This document shows, piece by piece, positions 1-8,784 of a stretch of DNA of 64,000 nucleotides. Origin of the DNA: a bacterium (GTDB taxonomy: Bacteria > RBG-13-61-14 > DATKZS01); contig CAXXFL010000001.1 in assembly GCA_963674965.2 (NCBI GenBank), positions 320,001 to 384,000 of the forward strand. Reading direction: 5' to 3'. The notes below the pieces were generated by a model, which was not told the DNA's origin, did no database searches, and saw nothing but the letters and a program-made list of their open reading frames with translations. A program made the position numbers and the translations under genes. Within the stretch, counting starts at the first letter, position 1; each line of letters begins with the position of its first letter.

Positions 1-13
1 GGCGCGGGCCGGG

Positions 14-1558
14 TCACTTGGCCTTGGCCTTTTTTTGCCTGGCCGCGGCCATTTTCTTTTTCGGGTTCGACTTGCCCTGGCCGGCGGGTCTTTTGCTCTC
101 GAGCAGGTCGATGAAAATCTCCACCACCTCGGGATCGAACTGGGTCCCGGAAAAGCGGTTGAGCTCCTCGATGGCGTCATCCTCGGACATGGCCTTCCGG
201 TAAGGACGGTCCGAGGTCATGGCGTCGTAGGAGTCGGCCACGGCAAGAATGCGCGCCCCCTTGGGGATGTTCTTGCCCTTGATGCCCTCGGGATAGCCCG
301 ACCCGTCGTACCATTCGTGGTGGTAAAGCACGAGGGGAACCACGCCCCGCAGAAAGTGGATCGACTCAAGTATCTGCTTGCCCATGACGCAGTGGTCCTT
401 GAACATCTCGTGTTCCTCGACCGTGATCTTCTCCGGCTTGTTGAGCGCCTCGAGGCGGATGCCGATCTTGCCGATGTCGTGGAGAAGGCCGGCCCATTCT
501 ATCTTCTCCGTTTCCTCGGGACTGAGGCCCATGGCCTCGGCGATCTCGACGGCGTACTCGGTGACCCGCCTCGAGTGGCCCGAGGTGTATTTGTCCTTGG
601 CCTCGAGCGTGCTCACCAGGCCCTGGATGGTGCCCCTGAACGTGCGCTGGAGGTTCTCGAAGAGACGAGCGTTCTCGATGGCCTGCGCGGCGCGGGAGGC
701 CAGGATGATGAGAAGCTTGCCCTGGCCCTCCGTGTAACGCTGGCTGCGGTTGAAGGAAAAAGCGTTGATCGCCCCGATGATATTGTCCCTTACCTTGAGG
801 GGAACCGACAGGAGCGAGACGTTGGCCTTGTTTTTGGGGACCGATTTAAAAAACCGCTTGGCCTTGGGCCCGGAAATCACGAGAAAGGGGTTGGACCTGA
901 ACCAGTCCAGGACCAGGTCAACGTCGGCCTCGCAGCCCGGACCCTCGTCTCTTCCGTCCTGGCAGAGGGTATGCGTGAGATAGGTGATGGGCTGGGAATC
1001 GTCGTCCCGCGGCTCGTCGATGAGAAGGCTCACGCAATCCGAGTCGAGCTCGGCCTGGGTGGTCTCGAGGATCATGTGCAGTATGGTGTCAAGGCTAAGG
1101 GTCGAGGTCATGGCCTCGCTCACGTTGTAAAGGCTCATCACCTCTTTCAAGCGGATGTTCTCCCGCTCGAGCTTTTGCTTCTCGAGGGCCCGCTTGATCA
1201 CCTGGAGCATCTCGTCCACCTTGAAGGGCTTTAACATGTAGTCGTAGGCGCCCTGCTTCATGGCCTGGATGGCCGTCTCCACGGTCCCGAAGCCGGTCAT
1301 GATGATGGTGATGATATTGTATCCGCGGGCGCCGATCTCGCGGAGCAGGTCGATGCCGCCCATGTTGGGCATCATAAGGTCGGTGATGACCAGGTCGTAA
1401 GGATTGCGCTCGAGTTCCGCCAGGGCCAGTTGTCCGTCGGACTCGACGGCCACCTTGAAGCCTTCCTCCGAGAGAAAGTCGGAAAGGATGTCCCGGATGA
1501 CCTTTTCGTCGTCCACGACCAGAATCCGGGGGCTGTCCTGACTGTAAATGTACTCCAT
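14..1558 (-). CDS. Response regulator with receiver, GAF and HD-GYP (c-di-GMP phosphodiesterase) domains
   Basis: Receiver motifs ILVVDDE / DLVITDLMMP / KPF; central GAF-like segment; HSRRV, LLHDIGKIG, HHEWYDGSGYP (HD-GYP). Confidence 0.92.
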   Translation of the reverse strand: MEYIYSQDSPRILVVDDEKVIRDILSDFLSEEGFKVAVESDGQLALAELERNPYDLVITDLMMPNMGGIDLLREIGARGYNIITIIMTGFGTVETAIQAMKQGAYDYMLKPFKVDEMLQVIKRALEKQKLERENIRLKEVMSLYNVSEAMTSTLSLDTILHMILETTQAELDSDCVSLLIDEPRDDDSQPITYLTHTLCQDGRDEGPGCEADVDLVLDWFRSNPFLVISGPKAKRFFKSVPKNKANVSLLSVPLKVRDNIIGAINAFSFNRSQRYTEGQGKLLIILASRAAQAIENARLFENLQRTFRGTIQGLVSTLEAKDKYTSGHSRRVTEYAVEIAEAMGLSPEETEKIEWAGLLHDIGKIGIRLEALNKPEKITVEEHEMFKDHCVMGKQILESIHFLRGVVPLVLYHHEWYDGSGYPEGIKGKNIPKGARILAVADSYDAMTSDRPYRKAMSEDDAIEELNRFSGTQFDPEVVEIFIDLLESKRPAGQGKSNPKKKMAAARQKKAKAK

Positions 1559-1572
1559 ACCGCTACCCGTCT

Positions 1573-1601
1573 ATATTAAAAAATTCATGCCAAATTGTCA
1601 A
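1573..1601 (-). promoter_or_regulatory. Putative sigma70 promoter of the HD-GYP regulator
   Basis: Minus strand TTGACA-17 nt-TAATAT just upstream of the ATG at 1558. Confidence 0.5.
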
Positions 1602-1916
1602 AGGCGTCAAGACCTCATTCTCAAACGCTTATTTCTCGAATTCCATTGTGAAACGCCATGGTCCGGCGATCGGCTTCTCGGTTGCGGTAAGAAAGCGAGG
1701 CGCTGGATTTTATCACCGAATCCCGGGAGGGACTTCTATGTTTCTATAATGACTCACCATCCTGCATATTTCAACCCCGGGGGCAGCAAAAAATATTTAC
1801 CAAAAGGTATGCGCGCCGCTTGGCGATAGCGCTCGTTATGCATAAAAACGTCCAACGCGGATCGGGCCGGATAAATCTCGCGCCGTCGGGCCGGGGCGCA
1901 AGGGGATATTTTTTTC

Positions 1917-1960
1917 TTGACAAAGGCCCCTCCGGATGATATGACTGACATATCAGTCAT
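1917..1960 (+). promoter_or_regulatory. Putative sigma70 promoter overlapped by a palindromic TetR-type operator
   Basis: TTGACA (1917-1922), 17 nt, TATGAC (1940-1945); perfect inverted repeat ATGACTGA-cata-TCAGTCAT at 1941-1960; TetR gene in the downstream operon. Confidence 0.65.
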
Positions 1961-2010
1961 TATTTGGCCGGGGCGGCCGACGACGAGAAAAGCCGCCGGG
2001 GAGGAAAAAA

Positions 2011-3288
2011 ATGATACCTGGAAAAATCGAATTCAAAAACTATAAACCAAGGCAAGACCACCCGGACTGGGACCGGGTCCACGCCCGGGCCGTGCAAAAA
2101 GCGGCGGAGGTCATGCCCCTCATTCACAAGGACTCCGACGACACCCTGGTGGACAAGGCGGCGGACAAGGTAAGGATCGCCAGGAGCCTGGCCGCGGCGA
2201 TGGACAATTTCCGGGTCAACCGGAGGCGCTGGCAAGAGGGAAACCACGCGCTCAGGCCGCTTTACTTCATCTGGACCATGCTCTACTCGTGCAATTTCCG
2301 CTGCGCTTATTGCGACGACCACCGGGGCAACCACTACTACGACCTCGAGGACAACCCCCTGTCCTTTGCCGACCGCTTGAGGGTTTTAAAGACCATGCGA
2401 ACGGGCACGAGCGCGGTGTACTTCTGCGGGGGCGAGCCCACCATGGTTTCCGACCTTCCCCTTTTCACGGACGCGGCCTTTCACATGGGCTACAAGCCGC
2501 TGATGATAAACACCAACGGTTTTCTCCTCCACGCCAACCTCAAGAAGCCCGAGTGGCGAAAGTGGCTGCGCCAGATGGACATAATAATCGTCAGCCTGGA
2601 CGGGTTGAGCGTTCCTCGCCTCCAGGAGCTTTGGGGGATCAAAAAGGTGGAGACGGTTTTCGAGAACCTTCTCATGCTTCGCGAGCTGCGCCGGGTGGTG
2701 GACTTCAAATTGGTGGTCAACACCGTGATCGGCCCGGACTCGGTTGACATGGCCTCGGAAGTTTTCGACTTCGTGGGCGACCTGGGCGACGTCTGGTTCG
2801 TGCCGGTGCCGGTGAACTATCACGGCCACGACCAGGACGGCTTCGCCTTCGAGCGCGACGTGATCCAGCGGGACGACTACAAGGAGCTGGCCGCCAAAAT
2901 CCTGGAGCGCAAGAAGAAGGGGCAACTGGTGATCGGCTCGTCGCGGATACTGGAAATGCTCCTTTCCGTGAAGCCCTACACCTGTCTGCCCACGCTCAGG
3001 CCTCACGTCGATCCCGACGGGAACGTGTCCTGGCCCTGCCGGGCGCCCAGGAACGTAAAGCCGGTTGGAGTCAACGTGCTCGATTTCAATCATCTTGACG
3101 CCGCGTGGGAGGCGGCCGACAAGCTGTTCACGGCCAGGGACTTCCACGGTCCCGGACCCAACCAGTGCGGCGACACCTGCGCCTGGATGCAAAATTACAC
3201 CACGGCCAGGTACCACGACTTTCTGACCGACCCTCTGCGCGCGGGCATGTTCTCCGAGATCAAGGAGTTCGCCTTTCGGAACAAGTGA
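2011..3288 (+). CDS. Radical SAM protein of unknown function
   Basis: CNFRCAYC (CxxxCxxC), GGEPT, INTNG, VSLDG; C-terminal Cys cluster (TCLP...WPC...QCGDTC) suggests an auxiliary Fe-S domain. Confidence 0.85.
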   Translation: MIPGKIEFKNYKPRQDHPDWDRVHARAVQKAAEVMPLIHKDSDDTLVDKAADKVRIARSLAAAMDNFRVNRRRWQEGNHALRPLYFIWTMLYSCNFRCAYCDDHRGNHYYDLEDNPLSFADRLRVLKTMRTGTSAVYFCGGEPTMVSDLPLFTDAAFHMGYKPLMINTNGFLLHANLKKPEWRKWLRQMDIIIVSLDGLSVPRLQELWGIKKVETVFENLLMLRELRRVVDFKLVVNTVIGPDSVDMASEVFDFVGDLGDVWFVPVPVNYHGHDQDGFAFERDVIQRDDYKELAAKILERKKKGQLVIGSSRILEMLLSVKPYTCLPTLRPHVDPDGNVSWPCRAPRNVKPVGVNVLDFNHLDAAWEAADKLFTARDFHGPGPNQCGDTCAWMQNYTTARYHDFLTDPLRAGMFSEIKEFAFRNK

Positions 3289-3325
3289 GGCCGGGCCGGG
3301 GGCAAAAGGAGGAAGGGAGAAAAAC

Positions 3326-3988
3326 ATGAAGAGGAAATCCGCGAAAGCCAGGCCCCGCTCCCTGGCCCGGGAACTACGGCGGGAACAGATACTCGAGGCC
3401 GCGAGAGGGGTCTTCGCCGAGAAGGGCTACCACAACGCCTCGGTAAGCGACGTGGTCGGGGCCTGCGGGGTCGCCCAGGGCACGTTCTATCTTTACTTCA
3501 AAAGCAAGCGCGAGGTCTTCGGGGCCCTGCTCCTCGAGTTTGCCGGCCTTATCCATTCGTCCTTTTTTATTCCGGGCGCGGACGAGGTGTCCACTCCGGC
3601 CGAGGTGGAAAAAAGGTTCAGCCGCGTGTGCAAAACGGCCCTGTCCATGCTGCGGGACAACGAGGACCTGGCCAGGATATTCCTTCTCGAGGCAGGGGCC
3701 AGGGACCCCGGCTTCGAAAAAGAGATTGGCGACTTTTACGACCGGCTCACGAGAGGGGCGGCCATGAACCTTAAACTGTGGATGGACAAGGGCCTCCTGA
3801 GGCGGGCCGATCCCCTGGTCATAGCCAACTGCGTGGTGGGCATGGTCGAGCGCCTGGCCCGGCAGCGGCTCTCGGGCAATTTGGAGGGCGACTTCGAGGC
3901 CATGGTCGAGGAGGTGGTCGCCTTCGAGCTTTACGGCATACTGAACAAAAGCGGCAAGGGCCGCCGACGGGAAAAGACCAATGAGTGA
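3326..3988 (+). CDS. TetR/AcrR family transcriptional regulator
   Basis: RREQILEAARGVFAEKGYHNASVSDVVGACGVAQGTFYLYFKSK helix-turn-helix. Confidence 0.92.
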   Translation: MKRKSAKARPRSLARELRREQILEAARGVFAEKGYHNASVSDVVGACGVAQGTFYLYFKSKREVFGALLLEFAGLIHSSFFIPGADEVSTPAEVEKRFSRVCKTALSMLRDNEDLARIFLLEAGARDPGFEKEIGDFYDRLTRGAAMNLKLWMDKGLLRRADPLVIANCVVGMVERLARQRLSGNLEGDFEAMVEEVVAFELYGILNKSGKGRRREKTNE

Positions 3989-4742
3989 GCCAATCGACGC
4001 CGCGGAAGGGAAGGGGGCTTATAAAGCGACGCTCGGCGAGCTTTTGGCCGAGGCCGCCGTGCTTATATCCATCGCGGTCCTGGTCTTTTTCTTTTGCAAG
4101 GATACCGGGGTCATGTCCATCGCGGTTGGCGTCTTCATCGCGGGCCGTTTTGTCTTTCTTTACCGGAGGGGCGACCTGGCCGTCTTTGTTCTCGGTTTCG
4201 TCGTGGGTGGAGGAAACGACCTCCTTTCCATGTACAAGGGCGTGTATTATTACACGCCGCCCACCATTCTTCCCGTGCCCATTCCGGTTTGGATGCTATT
4301 TTTCTGGGGTGAGGCCTTCCTTTTTTTCCGCCGTCTCATGCGCTATGGCCCCTTCATGGGGGAGGACAAGCCCCCGGAAAAACTGATTGACGCCCCGCTG
4401 GCGGCCGACGCGGTCATCGCCGTCGTTTACCGCTTCATCGTTTACCGATGGGCCTCGGAGCCCTTCCTGCCCGACGCCCTTTACGCGGCCATCCTGGTGG
4501 TGAGGCTGATACTTCTTCCGCCCAAGGCCCACGAGCGTTACGTCATGCTGGCCATACTCGCCCTTGGTCCCTTTTACGAGATACTGCTCATCAAGGGCGG
4601 CCTTTACGTGTATCAGAACGGGGTGGTATTGGGCATGCCCCTTTGGCTGGTCATCTATTGGGTCTTCATCTTCAGGTTCCTCAAGGCGATCATCGACAGG
4701 ATGGAGTACTTTCTTTCGCCGTCACGGTTCCCCTATTATTAA
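3981..4742 (+). CDS. Polytopic membrane protein with internal duplication (DUF2878-like)
   Basis: About 8 hydrophobic segments; two similar halves (KGVYYY...PIPVWMLFFW and KGGLYVY...GMPLWLVIYW); overlaps the TetR stop. Confidence 0.65.
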   Translation: MSEPIDAAEGKGAYKATLGELLAEAAVLISIAVLVFFFCKDTGVMSIAVGVFIAGRFVFLYRRGDLAVFVLGFVVGGGNDLLSMYKGVYYYTPPTILPVPIPVWMLFFWGEAFLFFRRLMRYGPFMGEDKPPEKLIDAPLAADAVIAVVYRFIVYRWASEPFLPDALYAAILVVRLILLPPKAHERYVMLAILALGPFYEILLIKGGLYVYQNGVVLGMPLWLVIYWVFIFRFLKAIIDRMEYFLSPSRFPYY

Positions 4743-5019
4743 TCGGCCTGGATTTCACGGGTCCCCGGCTTTGCTCTTTATGGGGGCGGCTCATTCTTTT
4801 GTTGAAAATCGGCTCGTTATTAACTAGAATCCTATAAGAGCGTCCTCGAGGCTGAAATTATTTAAGTGATTGAAAGTTATTGATTATGTAAATTTCGCGG
4901 AGCCGACTACGCGAGCGTCGCCGGGAAGGAACACTATATCCTTGCCGTCACTTATATTGACCGCTTGAGATCGGCCCCGAATGAATAATGGAGCCGCGCG
5001 GCGGCTTCGGGCGAAACGG

Positions 5020-8000
5020 ATGGCCACCAACAAAGAAAAATACATCGCCAAGGCGCAGAAGTTTCTGAAAAGGGGACAGATACCCAAGGCCATCGCCGAA
5101 TACCAGCGCGTCTGGGAAATAGACCCTCGCGACACCAGGGTTTGCATCAAGCTCGGCGACCTGCACCTTAAAAACAAGGACAGGACCAACTCGATCAAAT
5201 GCTATTTCGCCGCGGCCGAGGTCCTGACCAAGGACGGCTTCTACTCCAAGGCCGCCGCCTTGTATCACCAGATGATAAACATCGACGAGTCCAGGATCGA
5301 CCTGCAGAAGAAACTCGCCGAGACCTACTTCAAACTCGGGCTTAACGCCGAGGCCATCGAGAAGTACGAGATCATAGCGGCCAACTACGAGCGGGAGGGA
5401 AAGCTATCCGAGGCCATCGAGACCATCGAGATAATCTACGACCTCGACCCATACAACATCAAAAACGCCACCCGGCTGGCCGAGCTTTATTACAAAAGCG
5501 GCATGAAGGACGAGGGATACCTCGCCATCAGGACCGTAATCGACCAGTTCAAGAAAAAAGGCCGGATCGAGCAGGCCGTCAAGCTGATGGAAAAGGTGGC
5601 CAAGATCGATCCGGGCAACCACCAGAACCTCAAGGAACTGGCCGAGGCCTACCAGGAGCACGAGCATTGGGAGCAGGCCTACCAGGCCCTGGTGGCGGCG
5701 CTTAAAACGGGATCGAAGAACACGGAGACCCTCGAGCGCCTGGCCGAGATATCTCTCAAGTCGGGAAGGACGGACAAGTCCATCCAGGCCCTGCAAAAGC
5801 TCTACAGCGTTTACTCGAAGCGGCCCGAGGAAAAAAAGAAATACATGGCCGCCCTGGAGAAGCTCGAGACCCTGGTCCCCACCAACTTCGACTATAAAAA
5901 GGAACTGGCGGACGTCTACCTCGAGGAACAAAACTGGGAGGCGGCCTACCGCATCCTCACCAGGGTCCAGACCAAGTTCCCCGAGGACGAGCAGTACCTG
6001 GAAAAGCTGGCCCACGCCGCCATGCAGGTCAACCGGCCCCACAAGTCGGCCCAGTTCCTGAAAAAGCTCTCGGCCATTTACTTCCGCAAAGAAATGCCGG
6101 AGAAGGCGGAAGAGTGCCTGGAAAAGGTCATCGAGATATTCCCCGACGACCCCGAGGCCCTGGCCATTCTCGGCAAGAAGCCGGCCCCGGCCCCGGAGGA
6201 AGCCGGCCTCGAGCCAGCGGCCGTGGAGGAAGAACGCGAGACAAAGGCAAGGGGACCCATGCCGTCGCCCGAGCGTGAAGACGAGGCGGACGAATATTTC
6301 GAGGAAGAATATGAGGAAAGGCCTCGTCCTTCCTCCCGCCGCCGCGAGCCCGTCGAGGAAGAGTTCATCTACAAGGACGGGCGAAGGAGAAGAAGGGATT
6401 ATCCGCCCCCGCCCCGAAGGCGGGAATACGACTACGACGACGACTACGACGACTACGGCGAGCGGGACGATTACGGGCCTCCTCGCCGGGCCGAAAGATA
6501 TCCCCAGGCCCCAAGGTACCGGGCCAGGCCGGCCAGGACCGCGCCAGACGAGCCGGCTTACGGGCCAAGGCGGGAAGAGCCGGAGGGCGAGTTCGTCATT
6601 AAACCGACCGACTACGCCGAGGCGGTCGAGGTCATCGTCGATGAAGCGGCCATTGCCCCGCCGGAAAAACCGGAGCCCCTGGCCGAGCCCGCGGAAAAAG
6701 AGCCAGCGGGTCTTCCTCCTCAGGAGCCGCCGCTGGCCCTGGAAAAGCCGGCCGAGGAAGAAGACATAAAGGCCGAGCCGCTTTCTCCTCAGGCCCTCAT
6801 CAACCATCTTTCCCAGGCGCGGGTCTACCTGGCCTTCGCCAGGGACAACGGTCCTTTTGGCCAGATCATGATCGACGTGAACGGCCAGGGGAAGTCGATA
6901 TCCTCGTCTTCCTCCCTCGAGCGGGGACTTCTCGAGGCCGGGATCAACCGGCGGGCCATCGGCGACCTCGAGGACGCCATAAGCGAAATCCTCGAGCCCG
7001 AGGAAATCTCGTCCATCAAGGCCCTTCTCAAGAAACTCCTGGCATCCGAAAAGGGGACAAGCCTGTTCGAGAAACTCACCGAGGGAATGGCCGCGGCCAA
7101 AGCCGGGCTGGCGGAGGCCCAGACAACCGGGCCGCCCCTTCCCGAGACGTCCGAAGAGGCGGCCCCCCCGCCGGCCGAGACCACGCCCGCCCCTCAAACG
7201 GCCGAGGAGGGCGAGAGCTCGGCGGCTGGCGAGATGATACCCCAGGACAACGACCTGGACGATTTCTTCGACGACTTCCTGAACGCCTACCACGTGGAAC
7301 CGGAAAAAATCCAGCCCGCGCCTCTCGAGGCCAATGAGGAAAAAGAGGAAAAGCCCAAGGCGGAGGATTTCAGTTTTCCCGTCGAGGACGACATCGAGAG
7401 CTTTTTCGACGAGTTCCTCGAGTCCTACTCCGAGTCGAAAGTATCTCTTCCCCAGGAGCGCGACATCGACAAGTTCCTTTCCGACTTTTACGGAAAATAT
7501 AAGACCGGTTCCAACGGCGACGTCTCCGAGACAAGCAACCCCGGGATATCGACGGGAGAACTCTTGAAGGACGCGGCCAAAGCTGACGTCGAGGACAAGG
7601 AAATCGAGGCCTGGCTGGCCGAGGTCGAGAAAGAAATGGAAGCTGAGACCAGGGCCATGGAAAAACCCGGGGCGGCGGGCGCCGGCGCCCTTTCATCCGA
7701 GTCGCCAGTCCGCGAGTCGGCGGCTAATGAGGGGCCGGATGATGACGAGGATGACGACGACCCGGGCGACTCTTCCTGGCACGATGACTGGCCCGAGGAG
7801 GAGGGTCCCGAGGAGGACGTGGTAATTATCTACCCCGAGTCTTCCGCCTCCCCTCGAGCGCCGATCGAAGCGGAAGTCGGCGGCGACGAAACCGGCGACG
7901 CGGTCGAGGAAATCGAGGCCCTGCCCATCTCGAGCAAGGCCAGGGAGTCTCGCGAGCCAAAGTTCGACGACGAGGATATGGCGGTCGAGGTTATCGAGGT

Positions 8001-8712
8001 TATGGCCGGTCCCATCGAGGAGGAGGAGTTGATCTCGCCCGAGGACATCTTCACGGGGGGCGAGGTTTATGAAATCGAGTCGGAGGATTCCGAGCTTCCC
8101 GAGGATGAGATCGAGGTGGTGAGAAGGGCCGTGGCCCCGGGAGGGACGCCCAAATCCGTCTTTCCTCCCCTGGAGGTGGAAGAAGAGGAGATCGATTCCG
8201 ATGAGGAGAACGGCGAGGAAGATGACGATGACGACGACGACGAGGAAATCCTTCTCGATGAAAGCGACGATGAAGACGAGCCCGGGGGACCCGCCGCCGA
8301 GGACTGCCAAATCGAGCCGGAGGACGCCGAGATAATCGAGGAGGAAGAGGAGGAAAAAACGGCGGCTCGGACGGAACAAGAGGAGCGGAAGAAAGCCTCG
8401 CTCGCCCGGGAGGCGGCCTACGCCGACAAGGTGGACTTCGAGCTGGCCGGCGGCGATCATTCCCACGACGATGAGGAGGAAGCCGAGGCGGGCCCGGCCG
8501 CGGACGATGACGACTGGGACGACGAGGACGAGGAGGACGACCTCGAGGCGGTGGAAGACGCCATCGAGGATGAGATGGAGGCTGACGAGGGCAACGGGTC
8601 CGGCAAGGGCGAAGCCGCCTCTGATTACGCCTCGGACGTCAACTTCGAGTTCTCCGACGACTCCGACTACGAGGACGAAGACGAGATATCGGCCGCGGGC
8701 GTGAAGCGGTGA
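5020..8712 (+). CDS. Large TPR protein with long acidic disordered C-terminus (SgmX-like N-terminus)
   Basis: About 380 aa of TPR helices (KAIAEYQRVWEIDPRD, KLGDLHLK, KLAETYFKLG) followed by Arg/Tyr/Asp/Pro-rich and Asp/Glu-rich low-complexity regions; start placed at MATNKEKY. Confidence 0.8.
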   Translation: MATNKEKYIAKAQKFLKRGQIPKAIAEYQRVWEIDPRDTRVCIKLGDLHLKNKDRTNSIKCYFAAAEVLTKDGFYSKAAALYHQMINIDESRIDLQKKLAETYFKLGLNAEAIEKYEIIAANYEREGKLSEAIETIEIIYDLDPYNIKNATRLAELYYKSGMKDEGYLAIRTVIDQFKKKGRIEQAVKLMEKVAKIDPGNHQNLKELAEAYQEHEHWEQAYQALVAALKTGSKNTETLERLAEISLKSGRTDKSIQALQKLYSVYSKRPEEKKKYMAALEKLETLVPTNFDYKKELADVYLEEQNWEAAYRILTRVQTKFPEDEQYLEKLAHAAMQVNRPHKSAQFLKKLSAIYFRKEMPEKAEECLEKVIEIFPDDPEALAILGKKPAPAPEEAGLEPAAVEEERETKARGPMPSPEREDEADEYFEEEYEERPRPSSRRREPVEEEFIYKDGRRRRRDYPPPPRRREYDYDDDYDDYGERDDYGPPRRAERYPQAPRYRARPARTAPDEPAYGPRREEPEGEFVIKPTDYAEAVEVIVDEAAIAPPEKPEPLAEPAEKEPAGLPPQEPPLALEKPAEEEDIKAEPLSPQALINHLSQARVYLAFARDNGPFGQIMIDVNGQGKSISSSSSLERGLLEAGINRRAIGDLEDAISEILEPEEISSIKALLKKLLASEKGTSLFEKLTEGMAAAKAGLAEAQTTGPPLPETSEEAAPPPAETTPAPQTAEEGESSAAGEMIPQDNDLDDFFDDFLNAYHVEPEKIQPAPLEANEEKEEKPKAEDFSFPVEDDIESFFDEFLESYSESKVSLPQERDIDKFLSDFYGKYKTGSNGDVSETSNPGISTGELLKDAAKADVEDKEIEAWLAEVEKEMEAETRAMEKPGAAGAGALSSESPVRESAANEGPDDDEDDDDPGDSSWHDDWPEEEGPEEDVVIIYPESSASPRAPIEAEVGGDETGDAVEEIEALPISSKARESREPKFDDEDMAVEVIEVMAGPIEEEELISPEDIFTGGEVYEIESEDSELPEDEIEVVRRAVAPGGTPKSVFPPLEVEEEEIDSDEENGEEDDDDDDDEEILLDESDDEDEPGGPAAEDCQIEPEDAEIIEEEEEEKTAARTEQEERKKASLAREAAYADKVDFELAGGDHSHDDEEEAEAGPAADDDDWDDEDEEDDLEAVEDAIEDEMEADEGNGSGKGEAASDYASDVNFEFSDDSDYEDEDEISAAGVKR

Positions 8713-8735
8713 CGAGGGTGTTCCTTTAAAAATAA

Positions 8736-8765
8736 AGCGGCCCGGGGACTTTTCCTCGGGCCGCT
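8736..8765 (-). terminator. Intrinsic terminator between convergent genes
   Basis: Minus strand AGCGGCCCGAGGA-AAAG-TCCCCGGGCCGCT followed by TTATTTTT. Confidence 0.65.
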
Positions 8766-8784
8766 CGCTTTCCCGGTTTGACGG

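Noticed and set aside
1575-1595. TTGGCA on the minus strand as a sigma54 -24 element
   Set aside because: The -12 TTGC element is absent; a sigma70 reading fits better.
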